From: Chiloscyllium plagiosum
Lineage: Eukaryota
DNA: 64,000 nucleotides
Assembly (NCBI RefSeq): GCF_004010195.1
Contig: NC_057749.1
Coordinates: forward strand, 13,328,543-13,392,542
Direction of reading: 5' to 3'
Shown: positions 25,335 through 37,861 of the stretch, one piece after another
Numbering within the stretch: the stretch's first letter is position 1
How the letters are laid out: the number at the start of each line of letters is the position of its first letter
Notes under the pieces: generated by a model
Database searches by the model: none
The model's input: the letters and a program-made list of their open reading frames with translations, nothing else
Told to the model about the DNA's origin: nothing
Position numbers and translations under genes: made by a program

Positions 25335-26841
25335 TTTTTTTTTTGTTTTTTTTTTATCTTTTGTGTGTGTGCAGGTATCGGACATAGTGAAAAACAAGAA
25401 GTGTGTAAATCTTTATTCAATTTCCACCACCAGGAAGAAAGGAAACACCGAAGTGGTCAGCGACAAGCAGTGCCCTTCTCAAAGGGCAATGCTGCATGAT
25501 CAAACAGTGAAGGGAAGGGCAGAGATTAAATCAACATAGAATTGGAGAGGGAAATAATACCCTCCGCTATCCCCTGTTTATTATTTTTATTTTTTTTATT
25601 AAACCCCCACACTACCGCCTAACTGCGGTAGCGCTTATTTTTTTCCCAGCACCCATGGTGTGTGTGTGCAGGTGTGAGACACAGTGAGAGACACGAGATG
25701 CATGGATCTTTATTCAGTTTCCACCACCAGGAAGAAAGGAAACACCCGAGTGGCCAGTAACAAGCAGTGCCCTTCACATCAAAGGGCAATGCTGCGTGAT
25801 CAAACAGTGAAGGGTAGGGCAGGGGTTAAATCAAAATAGAATTGGACGGGGAAATAATATCCTCCGCTATCCCCTGTTTATTTTTTTTTTCTTTTTCTTT
25901 TTTTTATTTAATTTCCACCATCAGGAAGAAAAAAAACACCCAAGTGGCCCGTGACAAGCAGTGTCCTTAGGCCCCTGTATATTTTTTTTTAGTAAACCCC
26001 CACACTACCGCCTAACTGCGGTAGTGCTTGTTTTTTCCCCCAGCACCCATGGTGTGTGTGTGTAGGTGTGAGACACAGTGAGAGACACAAAGTGCACGAA
26101 TCTTTATTCAATTTCCACCAACAGGAAGATAGGAAAACACCCGGGTGGCCAGTGACAAGCAGTGCCCTTCACATCAAAGGGCAATGCTGCGTGATCAAAC
26201 AGTGAAGGGGAGGGCAGGGGTTAAATCAAAATAGAATTGGACAGGGAAATAATACCCTCCACTATCCCCTGTTTATTTTTTTTTCTTCCACACTACCACC
26301 TAAGTGCAGTAGTGCTTATTTTATCCCCAGCACCCATGGTGCGTGTGTGCAGGTGTGAGACACAGTGAAAGACACAAAGTGCACCAATCTTTATTCAAAT
26401 TCCTCCACCAGGAAGACAGGAAAACACCCGGGTGGCCAGTGACAAGCAGTGCCCTTCACATCAAAGGGCAATGCTGCGTGATCAAACAGTGAAGGGGAGG
26501 TCAGGGGTTAAATCAAAATAGAATTGGACAGGGAAATAATACCCTCCACTATCCCCTGTTTATTTTTTTTTCTTTTTGCTTTTTTTTCTTTTTTTTTTCT
26601 TCCACACTACCACCTAAGTGCGGTAGTGCTTATTTTATCCCCAGCACCCATGGTGTGTGTGTGCGCAGGTGTGAGACGTGGAAAGACACAAAGTGNNNNN
26701 NNNNNNNNNNNNNNNNNNNNNNNNNNNNNNNNNNNNNNNNNNNNNNNNNNNNNNNNNNNNNNNNNNNNNNNNNNNNNNNNNNNNNNNNNNNNNNNNNNNT
26801 AAATCAAAATAGAATTGGACAGGGAAATAATACCCTCCACT
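25335..26841 (-). repeat. Head-to-tail array of at least 6 poly(A)-tailed retro-units (probably Tx1/L1-clade 3' ends)
   Basis: ATCCCCTGTTTAT or a variant at 25327, 25569, 25869, 25972, 26264, 26551 and 26842; the first six are each followed by a T-run and a homologous unit. Confidence 0.9.
26696..26799. other. Assembly gap (104 N) inside the array
   Basis: Run of N. Confidence 1.
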
Positions 26842-28375
26842 ATCCCCTGTTTATATCTGTCAGCGAGGGCTCCTGGATTGGCTCCGGTTAACAACCCCAA
26901 TCAAGGATTTCATGGTAAATAAGATCCACCTGACTTCAATCACTACAACGGATCCACTTTTTTTTAAAACCATTCACAGGCTGAGGGCATCGCTGGGTAG
27001 GTCAGCAATTATTGCCCGTTCCTATAATTGCCCAGAGGACAGTTAAGTGTCAACATGTTGCTGTGGGTCTGGAGTCACATGTAGGCCAGACCAGGTAAGG
27101 ATGGCAATTTCCTTCCCAAAAGGGCATTAATAAGCCAGATGGGTTTTTTTCTGACAATCAACAAAATATTCATGGTCATCATTAGACTCTTAATTCCAGA
27201 TTTATTTAAAAATTGAATTTAAGTTCCACTATCTGTTGTGGCAGGATTTGAATATGGGTCCCCAGAACAGTTCCTGAGTCTCTGGACTAACAGTCCATCA
27301 ATAATATTACCAGGTCATCACTTCCCCAAATGTAGTGCAGTATAAAAGGGAGGGGAATTATGTCTGATTGTGTGAAGTGCTTGTGAGAATCAGTATAGAA
27401 TGTCTCAGGAAGTGACGTGATGTCACATGATCTTGCTCTTTACTGCAGCCTTATGATAGGATGATACTCCAGTAAGATGTTTCCTAAGTTCATCTTTTTC
27501 CTTTCTTCAGCACAATTACTCTAATAATTTGAATATTACTAAAAAAAATACATTTCTTTAAATTTTTAATATCTATTCAGCTGGACAATTCACAAGAAAT
27601 GTCAATGTAGAAGGAAAGCAACCTTTGTACTAGATTTAGCAGAGTGCAATCTGATTGTTAGAGTTGTTGCCATAGAGAATGTAGCAGTTAATGATGACTG
27701 ACAGTTAACTGTGAAGCTTTGATTAAATTTTAAACCTCTGAATGGTCAAGATATTACCCTGAGAATGAACCACAGATTGGCTATCACATATTTTGTTAAG
27801 TTGAGGCATAGTGTGTGTACGTGTTGTATCTGTCTTCAATGAACACGGTCTGTTTTATTGATACGTGTCATTTGAGATCACAGTGTAGCGTACTTGTATG
27901 ACTAGAAGTTACATATTTCACACAGGTGAGGCTTATCTACTATAGGAGGTCCTGCAGAATAAGTGAGGATCGATTATTGCATTCTTCAATAAGAGGTCTC
28001 CAAGCTGCTTCAATGTCACCCTTCAGTCTGATAGTCGGCCCCAGATAGAATTCTCAAACTATTGGTGAAATATCATAACTTTCAAGCATAATTACTGTAT
28101 ATTATCACAAGGTGTATGAAGTACAATGGAATTTATTTCAAGTATACTAAAATTAAGGGTAGAAGTTAGAAGGGAGGACACAATGCTGGTGCACACATTC
28201 CAATTATATTCCTTACAGCATTATTGCAGACAGATCATTATCTTTGAGCCGTTATAATTACACAAAGGTCAGTTACACTAAAGACTAGCACACTGGTGAA
28301 CTTCAGACTGACTCCAGGCATGGAATTCCTAAAGTTAACCCTTTTACGTGTTGAAATTATAGCATGGAATAATAC

Positions 28376-28583
28376 GAGGAGAAAGTGCGGATTGCAGATG
28401 CTGGAGGTCAGAGTCAAGAGTGTGGTGCTGGAAAAGTATAGCAGGTCAGGCAGCATCGGAGGAGCAGGAGAATCGACATTTTGGGCATAAGCCCTGATGA
28501 AAGACCTTTGCACGAAACATCGACTCTCCTGTTTCTCAGATGCTGCCTGACCTGCTGTGCTTTTCCATCATCAGACTCTCAAT
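28376..28583. mobile_element. Penelope-derived fold-back insert with hammerhead core
   Basis: ATGGAATAATAC (28364-28375) vs ATGGAACAATAC (28584-28595); CTGATGA at 28494-28500, GAAAC at 28514-28518; inverted arms. Confidence 0.85.
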
Positions 28584-29639
28584 ATGGAACAATACTGTCA
28601 ATTACTAAGCACATTTATCTCACATTATTTAAAATGTGGGAGCAAGAGGAAGACATTCAGAACCTTGAGACTGTTCCATCATTTAATTCATTCATGTTGA
28701 TCTGTATCCTAATGTATCAAATTGTTTTTTACCATCTCAACCAATCTCCCAGCTTTAATTCTGTAACCCTTAATACTTCAGTTTAATAAAGAATCAAATA
28801 ATCTCAGTTTTGACATTTTCAATTGACCCCAGACTGAACAGAATTTTGAAGAAGGTTGCAGACTTCCAAAAACCTTTGTGTGAAGCAGTGGTTCACAATT
28901 TGCTAAGTTGCTTTGCACTAACTTTAAAATTATTTTAAAATAATCTAATTTTATGTCCATTTGAATTTGATTCTCCAATGACAGGGTATAGTTTCTTCCT
29001 ATCCTCTCAGGTGACACTGTTCATCATCTTCAATATCTCAATCTCTTCGCAATGTTCTACATTAAACAGCATGCAAGCTTAGTCTGTCATGGGACTTTAA
29101 TCTTGTTAGTCACATGCACATAACTTTGTATTAATACAAATCCTGACACAGCACGTTCTGGAACTGAATCCAATGGATCTATGACTCGCTCAGTAAAGTG
29201 TCTCAAAAGACAACGCACTGTGCCTAGTAAGGAGAATGGTTCATAAGAAGAGAATCCACTGGTAAATTCAATTATTTTAGTAACACTCAGTTTAGAATGG
29301 ATATGTGCTGCCCAACATAATACCAAGCAGGTGATCCAAGAGATCAACTTGAAATATTTCTTCTAAACTTCAAGAAAAATCTTCAAGCAATTCTTCAAAG
29401 CTTGAGAAAATTCGCCGTTAACCAAGAAAAGCAGATTTTGTTTTGGTCATTTATGGCATTGCTGTTTGTAGCTCCTGGGTGTGTACAAATTGGCCGCTCC
29501 ATGGTTGTTCAACATAGACCAGAATTCAGAAACATTTTGAAAAGTAATCATACTGGACTCAAAACCTGAACTCTCTCCCTCTTTCCACAGAAGCTGCCAG
29601 ACCTGCTGAGTTTCTCCAGCACTTTCTGCTTTTATTTCA

Positions 29640-30115
29640 GCAACATGTCATTTTCTGTGAGGCACGTGGGCAAATTTTACTGGAAGATTGTTGATGATGC
29701 ACTGTTGGATCCTGTTCTTGGGAATGATGTGGGCCAAGCAGATCAGTGAGGGGACGTTTAGGAAACAGTGATCGGTGTATGATTTAGGATGACAATAGAA
29801 AAGTATAAAAGTGAACCTAGAGTAAGTGTCATTAACCGCAGAAGCACTGATTTCTATGGGACAAGAATGGATTTGGGCCAGATAAACTGGACCAAAATTT
29901 GACAGGAAAGGCCTCATCAATAGGCTGCATTCAAAAGGGAGATGGACTTGGTACAGTGAAACTATATTCCCTCAAAAGGGAAAGGATGGTCAAACAAATT
30001 AGTGCTCCTGAATGAAAGAGAAGATAGAAATTAAAATAAATACGAGAAAGTGTGCCTATGACAGGAGTCAGCTTGAATATAATTGAAAAGCAAATGGAAT
30101 TGCTAGGGTTTAGTT
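29640..30115 (+). mobile_element. Decayed internal CR1 ORF2 fragment (endonuclease end / linker)
   Basis: GCACTGTTGGATCCTGTTCTTGGGAATG (ALLD-VLGN) and TTAGGAAACAGTGATC (LGNSD). Confidence 0.65.
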
Positions 30116-30467
30116 GGGGATGGGGCTGTAAAGTAGGCAGGTGTTAGATGTTCAAAGATGGTTGGGTTGTTGGGATGGGCTACCAAGATGGAAGTGCTTA
30201 CATGTGAGGATTCGCCAAATGTAAGAGACTAAACCTGAGACTCACTGTATGATGAGCGACTGCTGTTTCCTTTCATTGTACTGTAAACAACAAATATAAA
30301 TAGAACTGAACATAGCTGCAACTACAACCAGAATGTCTTCAATAAGGGAGCGGGCATCAATTTTGGATGACATGAAACCTTCAAAGGACGACAGCAGTAC
30401 ACAATCACACAGACACAAAAGCTGAAACACACCTGCCAATAATACATGCTTCGTGAATCTTAACTGA

Positions 30468-30685
30468 CAGGTAGCTCTGCTATAACGTGTGTTTCATCAA
30501 CGCGAATTGGCTATAATGCGATTAACGATTAGGGATGCTGTTTCTAAAGCAAGAACTTTTAAAATGTGTGTCGGCTATAACGCGATTGCATCACCAACAC
30601 TTTAAGTGCTATTTTTATTGCGTGATTTTTATATAGCTCAGGGTCACACAAGAATGCAACTATCACGTAATAGCAGAACTACCTG
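30468..30685. mobile_element. Tc1/mariner (Tigger-like) MITE
   Basis: TIRs CAGGTAGCTCTGCTATAACGTG / CACGTAATAGCAGAACTACCTG (20/22); internal GCTATAA(C/T)GCG repeats; TA TSD not preserved. Confidence 0.8.
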
Positions 30686-31994
30686 AACTGTGTGCAGTGC
30701 AAATCCGAGCCCCAAGCTCTGTTGCAATTATTGTACGAATTGTACGAATCAATCCCCACCAATGGCTGTAATGGAACAACAATGTTTTGCTGTCTGGAAA
30801 GGTTGACCCTGGTTGCCAACGCATAACCTGCAAATGGTGCAGAAGTTGCTCATTTCAACACCTTTACACCATCAAACATCATGTAGTGTTCAGGATGGCT
30901 AAACTCTCAACCTTCAAAGCTGTAGCTGTGGCAAGAGAGACATTCGCCCACAGCTGATGGTGAAAAGTGAACACATACTGAGAAATGTGATTTGTCACCC
31001 CTGCCATCAATGTACTTTCAGAAGGTCTTCTTTCTTTCCCTTGCTGTTTGCCTCAGCAAGGTCCTGGCATCCACAGCTGGAGTAGAGGGAACCCACCCTA
31101 CAGTGGAGCCCACTGTCCTTGGAGCTTTGGTTGGGTAACCTCACAGGCATTTGTGTCCAGAGGGTCCAGACATATTGAGTGTATCCTCCCCAGAAGCAGG
31201 TGTATCCTCCTCAGCTTGAATTCCCACAGGGTAGTAAGGGTGGCAGGCAGGGTGAAGACACCTCTCGAGTGTCCAAAGGAGACTTTAGGAGAGTTGAGTG
31301 TGGTTCCTCTTCCAGTTGAGTGTCTGCTGGCACTGCCCTGTCTCCTTGCAAGGAAGGGACACATTGAGTGAGGTCAAGGTCCCTCGTTTCCCCCGTTACC
31401 TTGCTGTCAGCGCTGAGCAGGGTGTAGGTCTGTGCCATATCCAGCAGGCACTGAGTATGCTGGGCCTGGCTCTCTTCCTGTCCATGGTGGAAGCCAAACC
31501 ATCATGGATCTGACATGGCAGAGTCCCAAACGTGTTACTGAAATCTTGCAGCTTTTGTGTCAATTCATCAGTGCCCCTGAAAATCCTGCCCGCTGCTCTC
31601 CAGTGTCACAAATCACTGACAGCATGCACTTCTCTCCCGCTTCCTCTGAGGCATTGTGCTGTCACCTCAGTGTTTTGTGCCACTGTCCTTTTGACTGCAG
31701 AGACCATGGACATTTGGCTGGTGCTTTCAAGAGACAAAGAGAGAACATGTTGCAAGCAAAAGGTTGTGGCATTATAACTATACTTTCACAGAGGAGCACA
31801 GCAATGGACAATGCTGCTTACTGGTTTGCCAGGACTGGGACGTTTCAGCATCTCCACAGCCTTTTAAACATAGTGCTGGTGCCAGGGATCCTGTGATGTC
31901 CTGGCATTGATGAGAACTCCCACCTACAGAAAATGGGACCAGGCAGCTAGCATTGGACCAGGAGAGTTTGTTACCTGGTAGGGATGTGTTACAT

Positions 31995-32260
31995 AGTTTA
32001 GAATTAGAATTAGGTTTGTTGTCACGTGTATTCAAATACAAAGTGCAGGAGTGCAGTGAAATGTGTGCAGTGTCGCTACACAAGGGACTATCTTAGGTAG
32101 AAAGAACAGAGGTACAAATCGTAGTTACTAAAATAGATTAGGTACAAACATAGAGAAATAAAGAGAACATTGTAGTTCTTCATAGTATAAATTAGAAAGT
32201 TAAAGAAATAAAGTTAAAAGATAAACATTACAGTCCTTCTGTAGCCTGCAGTCTCTCCAA
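31995..32260 (-). mobile_element. Rex1-tail non-autonomous element fragment
   Basis: TTAGAATTAGAATTAG tail, TTGTCACGTGTA...GCAGTGAAA. Confidence 0.6.
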
Positions 32261-33317
32261 GCTGTTTTGGATGATCATGTGAGAAAATGCATTAGGTCCC
32301 ACGGACAGAAACCCTGTACAAAGCTCAACAAAAAATGACACTTAGCCAACTTCTGGTAAACGTTCAGCCCTATGTTACTGCACTTTATGACAATATCTGT
32401 AAGGTGTTAGTCGATTTCACCAGCATTTGCTGTGTTTTCATCTGTTTTCACACATCTTTTGATGAGATGGCCCAGTGGCTTTGCAGAAAGAAAGTATTTC
32501 AGGACGTATTCGGAGCTGAGGATGAGTATCGATGGAAGGATCAGAGAAATAATGACCACAGCAAGAAATGAAAATGAGTTTATCAGATAGTGAGAAAGGG
32601 AAAGGAGACTGGGGCATGGTGGAGACTAGTGAAGGAGCTCCTATATCAGATGACAATCTTCTTGCACTGTTTGTCAAAGCAATGAACTCATCACAAGCTG
32701 AAGGAATGATGCTAACAATGTGCCTGCAGGCATATTTGCTCACACTCAGTTATTGCCAAAGTGAGAGTGTGTGGATTTGCTTTAAAATAAAAGAGAACAC
32801 CAGAAATACTCAACAGGTCAGCTTCAAAGAGAAGCAGAGTTAATGTTTCAAGTTGATTTGAAAGATGGCTGACAGGCACTAACTTTGACTCTCTCTCCCC
32901 GGTACTCCCTGACCAATGAGATTTTAATTTCAGATTTCCAGCATCTGCTATTATTTTATACTTGTCCTTGGAATATGGGCATCAATGGCTAGGCCAGCAT
33001 TTATTACCCAGTTGGCAGTTCACAGTCAAGCAGATTACTGTGGTTCAGGAGTCACGTGTAAGCCAGACCAAATAAGGTTTCCTTCCATAAAGGACATTAT
33101 TGAATCAGATGGATTTTTATGACAATTGACAATAGTTACATGGTCATCACTTGACCACCTTTTAATGCCAGATTGCAAAAAATTGAATTAAAATTTCACC
33201 CATCTACCAGAGTGAGATTCAGACCCATGTCCTCAGAACGTTAGCCTGGGATTACTAGCTCAGTGATGTTACCACTGTGCCACTGCCTGCCCTTGTAACT
33301 ACAATACTAGCACTTGT

Positions 33318-34012
33318 TATAGAGTCATACGGTGTGGAAACAGACCCTTCAGTCCAACCAATTCACGCCGACCATGTTCCAAAACTAAACTAATCCCACC
33401 TACCTATGCTTGGTCATATCCCTCTAAATCTTTCCCCTTCATGAATTTATCCATTTGTCTTTTGAACATTATAACTGTAATTCCATCCATTACTTTCTCT
33501 GGTAGTTCATTCTAAACACAACCACTCTCTGTGTAAAAATGTTGCCCCTCGTGTCCTTTTTAAATCTTTCTCCTCTCACCTTAAAAATACATCCCCTAGT
33601 TTTGAACTCCCCCATCCTCGGGGAAAGACCTTTGCCAATCACCTCATTTATGCCCCTCATGATTTTATAAACCTCAATAAGTTCATCCCTCTACGCTCCA
33701 GTGAAAAAAGTCCCAGCCTTTCCAGTCTCTATTTATAGCTCAAACTCTCCATTCCTGGCAACATCCTAGTAAATCTTTTCTGAACCCTCTCCAGTTTAAT
33801 AATATTCTTCCCACAGCAGGACGAACAGTACTGCACACAAGACACCTCATCAATCCCCTGTACAACCTCAACATGACGTCACAAGTCCTATACTCAAAAA
33901 TCTGAGCAATGAAGGCAAGTGTGCTAAACGCCTTCTTAACCACCTTGTCTACCTGTGACGCAAATTGCAAAGAATTATGTACCTGAACCCCTAGGTCTCT
34001 CTGTTCTACAGT
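33318..34012 (-). mobile_element. CR1 LINE 3' portion
   Basis: ORF 33740-34099 VEQRDLGVQVHNSLQFASQVDKVVKKAFSTLAFI. Confidence 0.92.
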
Positions 34013-34639
34013 GCTATTATTTGGCCTGAAAATGAGCAAAATTTGCTGGCCTGAGACAAGTGTAAGGATTAATTGAAATTCCCTCCAACCTATTTGCATC
34101 TACAAGTTCCTTTGTGAATAGTTTCTGCCCAGTTAATGTTCCTGGTGAACACTTGCTAACGTCACTTATGATGCAAGCTGGCCAGTGTTCCTGTTGAACG
34201 ACACAACAATCTAATTCTGGAGAAATTTTTTTTTTCACTCTCAATACACCTTCTGCCTCAATAGCAATATGCTGACAATTCAACTTCTGCAGGAGTAGCA
34301 ATATCATGCTGTACTAAGGTCTTAAAAAACTGACAATATACTTGAAGTGTTAGTAATTCAGAATAACAAGTCACCTAGCTTCTCAAGCTTCACGTTGAAG
34401 CTATGTATAGTGAACATCACCATATGAATACTGCTAAAAAAACTATCAACATGACAACTTGTATTTATATAGCACATTTCACATAAAGAAACATCGCAAG
34501 GTGCTTCACAACATTATCAGACAAAATGTAGCACTGACACCCCCCCCCCCCCCCCGCCAATAAGGAGACGTGAGGACATGTAGGAGGTACACAGCTCAGA
34601 AGGGTTAGGGAGGGAATTCCAACCTTAAGGTTCATACTG

Positions 34640-35415
34640 TTAGTCATAGAGTTGTACAGCACATAAACAGCTGTCCAGTCCAACTTATCCATGCCCACCA
34701 GATATCCTAAATTACTCTATCCCATTTGCCAGCATTTGGCCACTATCCCTCTCAAAACCTTCCTATTCATTTACCCATCCAGATGCCTTTAAAATGTTGT
34801 TATTGTACCAGCCTCCACCACTTTCTTTAGCAGCTCATTCTAAATATGCACCACCCCCTGCGTGAAGAAGTTACCCCTTTGGTTCCTGTTAAATCTTTCG
34901 CCTCTCACCTTAAATCTATACTCTCTAGTTTTGGACTCCCCCACCCCAGGGAAAACACCTTGGCACTTCACCCTTATCCATGCCCCTCATGATTTTATAA
35001 AGCTCGATAAGGTCAGCCTCCAATGCTCCAGGGAAAACAGCCCAGCCTATTCAGTCTCTCCCTTTAGCACAAACCCTCCATCCCTGGCAATGTAAATCAT
35101 TTCTGAATCTTTTCAAGTTTCACAACATCCTTCCTATTACAGGAAGACCAGATTTGCACGCAATATTCCAAAAGTGGCCTAACCAATGTCCTGTACAGCT
35201 GCAACATGACCTCCCAACTCCTATGCTCAATACACTGACCAATAAAGACAAGCATACCAAACACTTTCTTCACTATCCTATCTATCTGCGACTCCACTTT
35301 CAAGGAACTATGAATTTGCTCTCCAAGGTCTCTTTGCTCAGCAACACTCCCGAGGGCTGTACCATTAGTGTATAAGCCCTGCCCTGATTTGCCTTTCCAA
35401 AGTGCAGCACCTCGT
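34640..35415 (-). mobile_element. CR1 LINE 3' portion
   Basis: ORF 35097-35303 VMLQLYRTLVRPLLEYCVQIWS. Confidence 0.92.
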
Positions 35416-35539
35416 ATCCTCTCGGAATCTTCTAAGTTTTAATAAGGTCTTATCTCATTCTCCTATACTCTAATGAGTACAGGCCCAACCATCTCAACCT
35501 CTCCTCACAAATCAACTAAGACTGCTTCCAATGCCACCA

Positions 35540-35868
35540 GGGCTGGCAGGGTGGCTCAGTGGTTAGCACTGCTGCCTCACAGCGCCAGGGACCCGGGTTC
35601 AATTCCAGGCTCGGGTGACTAGCTGCGTGGAGTTTGCACGTTCTCCCCATGCCTGTGTGGGTTTCCTCCTGGTGCTCTGGTTTCCTCCCACAATTCAAAG
35701 ATGTGCAGGTCAGTTGAATTGGCCATGCTAAATTGTCCATAGTGTTAGATGCATTACTCAGGGGTAAATATAGGGGAATGGGTCAGGGTGGATTACTCTT
35801 CGGAGGGTGGGTGTGGACTTGTTGGGTCGAAGGGCCTATTTCAATACTGTAGGTAATCTAATCTAATC
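35540..35868 (+). mobile_element. HE1-type SINE, full length
   Basis: GTGGCTCAGTGG A-box, GGGTTCAATTCC B-box, V-domain, AATCTAATCTAATCT tail. Confidence 0.93.
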
Positions 35869-36895
35869 TTTCCTTTGATAAAGGGATCAGAGCTGTTCAC
35901 AGTTGGGATTGTTGTGGTCAAGTCAGGGATTGGGGTGAGGGTACCTAGAACTCATTATGCCTGTTGTTTCAGTCCTGGGTGAAACAATGAAAATCTTGGA
36001 AGCTCAAAGTGCATAATTAGGGTAACAGAGAGTCAGGCAAAGCTGAAGCAAGTTACAAAGAAGAAGGGAGCAAGGCCAAGATGGGACTTGAATATAAAGT
36101 GCGTGTGTTTTTTTCAATTAATCTGTACTTTCCTAGCTCCATGAATGCGAGCCATTCCACATTACAATGGAATTCTTCCTGGTCTGTGCAGCTCAATTAC
36201 ATCTCAGGAAAATATTCATTTAAAAAAAAACTCTTTCACAGGATGTGGACTTTCCAGGAAAATCCAACATTTCTTGCCTCTCCCTCAATGCCATTGAATG
36301 GATTGATTCACTATTTCGGAGGGCAGTTTTTAAAGTTAACCACATTGTTGTGGGTTTGCAGTCACATGTAGGCCAGACCTGACTTGGAAGGCAGATTTCC
36401 TTCCCTAAAGGACATTAGTGATCTGGATGGAGTTTAACAACAATCAAAAATGGCTTCATGGTCACGATCATTGAGATGAGCCTCTATTCATTTAATTTCA
36501 CAAACTGCCATTCTGGGATTCTAACCCATGTCCCCAGAACATTAGCCTGAGTCACTGGCCCAACAACAGTATGTCATGCCTCGCTGGGGTAGTGTGCTGA
36601 AAATCAAGCCCCACTCCCCAGAGTCATCACAAAACTTCAAGATTTTGAAAAGTATGCAGAATTTTCCAATTTATCTGTCTTTTAGACCCAGGTTGACAAA
36701 AAAACACTGGCCACGTTTTCATATTTAACATGACTTTTTTTTGCAAACAAATAGATTCTAACTACAGATAAGCAATTAGGAATCATCAACATACAACTTT
36801 ATTGATTAAGGCTTGAACACACACACCTTGGGTACTGTGTGTAGAGATAAAGACTGGGAAGATAATTAAGTGATCCCTATGCACAGTTTTCGCTG

Positions 36896-37183
36896 AGATT
36901 AGATTAGATTCCTTACAGTGTGGAAACAGGCCCTTCGGCCCAACAAGTCCACACCGACCCTCCGAAGAGTAACCCACCCAGACCCTCTGACTAATGCACC
37001 TAACACTATGGGCAATTTAGCATGGCCAATTCACCTAACCTGCACATCTTTGGACTGTGGGAGAAAATCCACGCAGACATGGGGGGAATGTGCAAACTCC
37101 ACAGAGTCACCCGAGGCCAGAATTGAACCTGGGACCCTGGTGCTGTGAGGCAGCAGTGCTAACTACAGAGGCACCATACCACC
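36896..37183 (-). mobile_element. HE1-type SINE
   Basis: AGATTAGATTAGATT tail, GGCAATTTAGCATGGCC, GCAGCAGTGCTAAC. Confidence 0.92.
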
Positions 37184-37524
37184 CATTCCCACTACCTCAC
37201 GCATGATCTTTTTGCTGATCAAAACACTACTCCTCAATCTTTCACCAAGTATTTCCTTGGTTTGCAGTAGACACAGGGTGATTGGTTAACACGTTTAAAA
37301 GTCCCTGGCTTGTTGATTAAACGTCACAGCTTAGAGCAACTGATGAGGTGAAATAAAATGGCTACCTTCAGGATTAAGTTGAATTTTATTGCAGAGCAGA
37401 ACACCTACTTTCCTTCCCAAAGTCTGATGGCCTCTGCCCCAAACATTCACACCTCCAAGTTGTTTAGCTACCTGGAGGCCAATCATGTTGTTGTTGGCAG
37501 ACAGAAGGCCTTTGTTTTCAATAG

Positions 37525-37860
37525 ATCATAGAGTCATAGAGATGTACAGCACGGAAATAGACCCTTTGGTCCAACCTGTCCAATCTAGTCTCACCTGCCA
37601 GCACCCAGCCCATATCTCTCCAAACCCTTCCTATTCTTATACCCATCCAAATGCCTTTTAAATGTTGCAATTGTACCAGTCTCCACCACTTTCTCTGGCA
37701 GCTCATTCCATACATGTAACACTCTCTGTGTGAAAACGTTGCCGCTTAGGTCTCTTTTATATCTTTCCCCTCTCACCCTAGACCTATGCCCTCTAGTTCT
37801 GGACTCCCCGACCCCAAGGAAAAGACTTTGCCTGTTTACCCTATCCATACCCCTCATAAT
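37525..37860 (-). mobile_element. CR1/HER1 3' fragment
   Basis: ORF 37591-37857 SRTRGHRSRVRGERYKRDL...WNELP. Confidence 0.92.
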
Positions 37861-37861
37861 T

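Larger units (their letters stand above)
25208..26947 (-). mobile_element. Solo LTR (about 230 bp when rejoined) split by a retro-insertion stack
   Basis: Minus strand TGTAGTG...CCAAT...GATATAAACAGGGGAT[insert]TCAGAGAG...AATAAATAAAGG...TTATTTCA, i.e. TG..CA ends with CCAAT, TATA and poly(A) signal in LTR order; no clear TSD. Confidence 0.7.

Noticed and set aside
25335..26841. CRISPR-like repeat/spacer array
   Set aside because: The inter-repeat segments are homologous to each other and poly(A)-tailed, the context is eukaryotic, and there are no cas genes
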